From: Pyrodictium abyssi | GTDB lineage: Archaea; Thermoproteota; Thermoprotei_A; Sulfolobales; Pyrodictiaceae | Length of the DNA stretch: 32,000 bases | Direction of reading: 5' to 3' | Assembly (NCBI RefSeq): GCF_036323395.1 | Contig: NZ_AP028907.1 | Location: forward strand, 390,001 to 422,000 | Shown here: positions 28,312-32,000 of the stretch, in pieces | How the letters are laid out: each line of letters opens with the position of its first letter | Numbering within the stretch: position 1 is the first letter of the stretch | The notes under the pieces: model-generated | What the model was told of the DNA's origin: nothing | What the model saw: only the letters and a program-made list of their open reading frames with translations | Database searches by the model: none | Program-made: the position numbers and the translations under genes

Positions 28312-29193
28312 CTAGCCGGGGCGCCGGCTAGCGATGTAGAGGAGCACAGCGGAGGCTGGTAGCAGGAGGGCCCTTGCCGCGAAGGGTAGGGCCGGGTCCA
28401 GCGAGGCAGCGCCCATCGCCGCGCCGTACTCCACTGCCGTGAAGCCGGCCTCCTCCATGTAGGCCGGTATGTACCACTCTAGGCCGCTTGAGGTGAGCGC
28501 GTCCAGTCCGTAGGCGGCGACGAGGAGGAGCAGCCACCGGTCGCCGATGCCCCTCAGCACGGGCCGGAGGCCGCCGGCCCCTGCGCCGCTGGTCTCGGTG
28601 AGGGCTGTGGCTAGTAGCAGCTGGAGCACAAGCGAGGCAACACCGACGGCGACTAGTAGGCTGTACATGCCCTGCTCGTAGAGGTAGCCGGCTAGCGGCA
28701 GCGTAACCAGCGGCGGCAGCGAGGGCGCGACGCGGACAGCCAGCATGTAGAGGGTCCCCTGCATCCTCCGCGGGGACGACTCTAGCGCCAGCGCGTGCAT
28801 GGCTGGCGAGGCGAGCCCAACAGCGAGGAAGTATGTGGGGAAGCCAGCGTAGACCGGTACTCTGCCCGGCAGCAGCATGGCGGCGAGGGCTAGCGCTGAT
28901 GCCGAGAGGCCAGCCATCATGGCCTTCTTCCTGCCGAGCCTGTCGGCTAGCACCCCGCCGGCCAGGGTGCCGGCCAGCATGCCTGCCTCGGAGGCGGTGT
29001 AGAGGAGCCCCAACGTGGTCTTGGAGAGGTCTAGGCTCTGGGAGGCGTACAGCGGGAAGAACATTATCCACATACCGCAGAGCCCGGTGTACAGCGTGTT
29101 CATAGCCAGTAGCGGCACGTAGTTCCTCCTAGAAGCGGGGCTCTCTCCGGGACGCGCTACGGCCCACCACCGCCCCCGGGCTATCATATCCAC
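28312..29193 (-). CDS. MFS transporter, probably C-terminally truncated
   Basis: MFFPLYASQSLDLSKTTLGLLYTASEAGMLAGTLAGGVLADRLGRKKAMMAGLS (MFS motif A-like); only 293 aa and ends shortly after the second-half TM7/8 region. Confidence 0.75.
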   Translation of the reverse strand: MDMIARGRWWAVARPGESPASRRNYVPLLAMNTLYTGLCGMWIMFFPLYASQSLDLSKTTLGLLYTASEAGMLAGTLAGGVLADRLGRKKAMMAGLSASALALAAMLLPGRVPVYAGFPTYFLAVGLASPAMHALALESSPRRMQGTLYMLAVRVAPSLPPLVTLPLAGYLYEQGMYSLLVAVGVASLVLQLLLATALTETSGAGAGGLRPVLRGIGDRWLLLLVAAYGLDALTSSGLEWYIPAYMEEAGFTAVEYGAAMGAASLDPALPFAARALLLPASAVLLYIASRRPG

Positions 29194-29597
29194 GCAGTAG
29201 CCCCTTATACCTGCATATATGGCTAACCCGTGTTTCTATCTCTGGGCGGGCTATGGTATAGAAGGGGCAGGGCCGCAGCTCCTCTCCCGGGGCGATGTGG
29301 AGGCCCTTTCGTTAGCCGACCCGGGGGCCTGGGGCCCCGTGGGGGTGGCGTGAGCCCCGACTCCCGAGCCCCGTCTCTGCTGGCTCCTTCTCTCGTACGC
29401 CTCCTGTACAGGTGGTGTGGATCCGGGTATTCCAGGATGAAGGCATGGACCCTGGGTCCAGGTTTTAAGCTGTGATGGGGCCGTGTAGTACCACGATAAC
29501 ACATATCGTATTACCTGCGCATCTTGTGACTCAGCAGCCCCGCAACCCGGCTAGGCTAACTATGCGCCCCAGGCGGTAGAGTAGTGGGGACGCTGAC

Positions 29598-31517
29598 GTG
29601 GAGGCAGCAAAGACTACGGGGCGGCCAGCGGGCTCCGCCACAGTGGCGGAGTACTTAGAGGCAGCTGGCTTCGACGTCTTCGAGAACGCTAACCGGTACC
29701 CCGGGCCCAGCGGACTACTCACCTACGTGGCTGAGAAGGCCCTCGACACGCTAGTCTACAGCGAGCTGCCCGACGCCCTGGCGAAGGCGCACCTAGACGG
29801 CAGGGTCTACGTGCACAAGCTCCCCTACGCGCTCTTCATACCCTACTGTAGCGGCCACAGCGTGGAGAGGCTCCTCCGTAAGGGGCTCCGCACTCCAACG
29901 ATATCCGCGCGTCCCGCCCGGCACTTCGACACCTACGTGGACCACGTGGCGAACTACCTGATAGCTATGCAGCACTACTTCAGCGGAGCCCAGGCGTTCG
30001 GCGCGGTAGAGCTCTACGCGGGCCCCTTCATAAGGCGCGACGGCCTAGACTACCGCGCAGTGAAGCAGGGCGTACAGAGGCTCATCTACAACCTCAACTT
30101 CCCCAGCCGCACAGGCATGCAGACACCGTTCACCAACTTCACGGTGGTCCTGGACGCGGCGCGGAGCAAGCTAGAGAAGGACGACGCAGTCTACGCCGGC
30201 GAGCCCGCGGGCAAGCTGGGCGAGTACCTGGACGAGGCCCGCCTCTTCGTGAAAGCTCTCTACGAGGTCCACGGGGAGGGCGACGCCGCGGGCAGGCCCT
30301 TCACCTTCCCGATACCCACCGTCATGACGACGAGTAGGATGCTCTTCGACGACCCCGAGGTATTCGAGGCAGTGTTCAACGCTGCGGCACGGAGGGGCAC
30401 CGGGTACTGGCTCAACACCAGGGTCGTGGACCCCGACGCGAGCTTCGCCATGTGCTGCAGGATAAACATAGACATGAACGAGCTCCTCCACGCCATGAGG
30501 GCCGGGCCCAGGAGCATGAGGATACGCGACATCCGGCGGGAGCTCGAAGAGGCCCGCGAGGAGTACATCCGGAGCCTCGAGCGCCAGAGGATGGGCGGCC
30601 TATGGGCCGTACCGGACATAACCGGCAGCAAGGTGGTGATAACGGTCAACCTCCCCAGGCTAGCCCTCGAAGCCCGCGGCGACGACACAGCCTTCACAGA
30701 GGCCCTCGACGAGACACTGCGGCTCGTAAGGCAGGGACTAGAGTGGTTCGCCCGGCGCTACGAGAGGCTATCCAAGCTCTACCCAGGCTTCTACAGCATG
30801 GTGCTCGACTACCTCCCCGAGGTCTTCCGGCTCACGGGCACCCCGTACTTCCTAACAGTGGGCGTCATAGGGCTCCCCGAGGCAGCAGCGATAATGGCCG
30901 GCGACCCCAGAGCCTGGCACGAGGGCAGCAGGAGCCAGTGGCGCGAGATGGCCGAGTGGATGCGCCGGACAGTAGAGCACATCGTGGAGCACACGCGCCG
31001 GTGGAGCATGCGCACCGGGCTAGCCTTCAACGTCGAGGAGGTGCCCGGCGAGAGCGCGGCAGCGAAGCTGGCCAGGAGGGACTCCAGGCTCTACCCACGG
31101 GTCCTCGACTACCTCCCGGACAGGGAGGAGCCGGTCTACAGCACGAGCATAGCGCCCTACTACGCGCCGATGGAGCTATGGGAGCGGGTCGAGGTCGAGG
31201 AGCGGGTGCAGCCAGTCTTCACCGGCGGCGTGATGATGCACATCTTCCTCGGCGAAGAGCCCGACCCAGAAGCGCTCGCGAGCCTGACCCGGAGGCTGAC
31301 CGCGAACACGAGCCTAGTCTACTGGAGCTACACGCCAGCGGTAACAGTATGCCCCAGGTGCGGCTGGAGCGGCGTAGGCCTAGCCACCTCCTGCCCGCGC
31401 TGCGGCTCCGAGACCGAGATATGGAGCAGGATAATCGGCTACTACAGGCCGCTGCGTAACTGGAACCCTGCCCGCCGCCGCGAGTTCTGGACACGCCGCC
31501 ACTACGGCAAGATCTAG
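29598..31517 (+). CDS. nrdD: Anaerobic ribonucleoside-triphosphate reductase
   Basis: GTG start; YVHKLPYALFIPYCSGHSVERLL, SASFAMCCRINID-type cysteine motif (ASFAMCCRINIDMNELL), C-terminal CPRCGWSGVGLATSCPRCGS zinc ribbon and glycyl-radical-like SRIIGYYRPLRNWNPARRREFWTRRHY. Confidence 0.93.
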   Translation: MEAAKTTGRPAGSATVAEYLEAAGFDVFENANRYPGPSGLLTYVAEKALDTLVYSELPDALAKAHLDGRVYVHKLPYALFIPYCSGHSVERLLRKGLRTPTISARPARHFDTYVDHVANYLIAMQHYFSGAQAFGAVELYAGPFIRRDGLDYRAVKQGVQRLIYNLNFPSRTGMQTPFTNFTVVLDAARSKLEKDDAVYAGEPAGKLGEYLDEARLFVKALYEVHGEGDAAGRPFTFPIPTVMTTSRMLFDDPEVFEAVFNAAARRGTGYWLNTRVVDPDASFAMCCRINIDMNELLHAMRAGPRSMRIRDIRRELEEAREEYIRSLERQRMGGLWAVPDITGSKVVITVNLPRLALEARGDDTAFTEALDETLRLVRQGLEWFARRYERLSKLYPGFYSMVLDYLPEVFRLTGTPYFLTVGVIGLPEAAAIMAGDPRAWHEGSRSQWREMAEWMRRTVEHIVEHTRRWSMRTGLAFNVEEVPGESAAAKLARRDSRLYPRVLDYLPDREEPVYSTSIAPYYAPMELWERVEVEERVQPVFTGGVMMHIFLGEEPDPEALASLTRRLTANTSLVYWSYTPAVTVCPRCGWSGVGLATSCPRCGSETEIWSRIIGYYRPLRNWNPARRREFWTRRHYGKI

Positions 31518-31581
31518 CACCCCTCCCCGGCGGCCCAGGCCCTTTCCGCGGCAGACGACACGGTCCAAGGGGCACAGCGCC

Positions 31582-32000
31582 TTGCCGCTCATATCGTTTA
31601 TAGGGGTCCACGGCTCCGGGAAGACCTCCACAGCCCGGCTACTAGCCCGGCTCTACCCGGGCTGCTACCTCTACCACGAGCTAGAAGCCATAGACGAGGC
31701 CCACGGGCTACCCCCGGCCGCGCGCCAGCTCCTCTTCCTCTCCAGGTTCGTGGAGGGCTACCTCCAGGCATACAGAGAGTCCCAGAGCACCGGGAAAACA
31801 GTGGTCATGGACAGCCACCCCGTACTAGTGCCGGTCTATAGCCGGTGGTGGCTCCGGGGCCACGCAGAGGACACAGTAGAGGCCATGGAGAAGCTGCTCC
31901 AGGCGCTCCCGCCCGCAGACCTACTCGTCTACATAAGGGCAGGAGACCCCAAGGAGATAGCGCGCCGCATCCTCGCGCGGGGCCGCGCTGTGGCCAGGGA
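31582..32000 (+). CDS. P-loop nucleoside/nucleotide kinase-like protein, partial (runs off right edge)
   Basis: Manual translation: LPLISFIGVHGSGKTSTARLLARLYPGCYLYHELEAIDEAHGLPPAARQLLFLSRFVEGYLQAYRESQSTGKTVVMDSHPVLVPVYSRWWLRG...ADLLVYIRAGDPKEIARRILARGRAVAR; Walker A GVHGSGKT; TTG start inferred. Confidence 0.72.
   Translation, partial: MPLISFIGVHGSGKTSTARLLARLYPGCYLYHELEAIDEAHGLPPAARQLLFLSRFVEGYLQAYRESQSTGKTVVMDSHPVLVPVYSRWWLRGHAEDTVEAMEKLLQALPPADLLVYIRAGDPKEIARRILARGRAVAR

Noticed and set aside
29223-29504. Minus-strand ORFs of 93 and 83 aa upstream of nrdD
   Set aside because: Low-complexity Pro/Arg/Gly composition and overlap with promoter-like palindromes; not credible proteins.
30452-31459. 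Long plus-strand ORF (335 aa) and several antisense ORFs inside nrdD
   Set aside because: They overlap a well-supported nrdD, and their Arg/Pro/His-rich composition is typical of shadow frames in GC-rich coding DNA.

Overview
This 32 kb window has the layout of a hyperthermophilic crenarchaeal chromosome: compact GC-rich genes, frequent AGG/ATA codons, TATA-type promoters, GTG/TTG starts, and archaeal families such as a GPN-loop GTPase, diphthine synthase, beta-RFAP-synthase-like GHMP protein, NfeD, ThiN-domain regulator and MoaD/SAMP. Genus assignment is inference only. The left end is a minus-strand de novo pyrimidine cluster (pyrF-pyrE-pyrB-pyrI-pyrK-pyrC, with pyrC cut by the window edge). 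It is divergent from a cysteine-synthase-like PLP gene plus pyrG. A run of small regulators follows (Lrp, winged-helix, Fur, HTH-CBS, RHH), then NfeD, a GPN GTPase, ThiR-like/DUF488, an M20 peptidase, dphB, DUF1464, a GHMP protein, a hexulose-phosphate-synthase-like protein, moeA, a Clp1-like kinase, a DHH protein, MoaD-like, tRNA-Val(CAC), two unknown ORFs, a broken amidohydrolase, a short MFS ORF, nrdD and a partial P-loop kinase. I found no CRISPR array, transposase or clear defence system. The strongest second-look items are: (1) an amidohydrolase gene (26996..28199) that can only be read through two separate one-base frameshifts, next to an apparently C-terminally truncated MFS gene; (2) a leader of about 165 nt before a winged-helix gene with two mutually exclusive hairpins; (3) palindromic operator-like elements at the fur-like, RHH, moeA and nrdD promoters; (4) a GC-rich gap at 22045..22333 containing three tandem perfect hairpins and a protein-like open frame with no good start; (5) a two-gene module of unknown function downstream of tRNA-Val.
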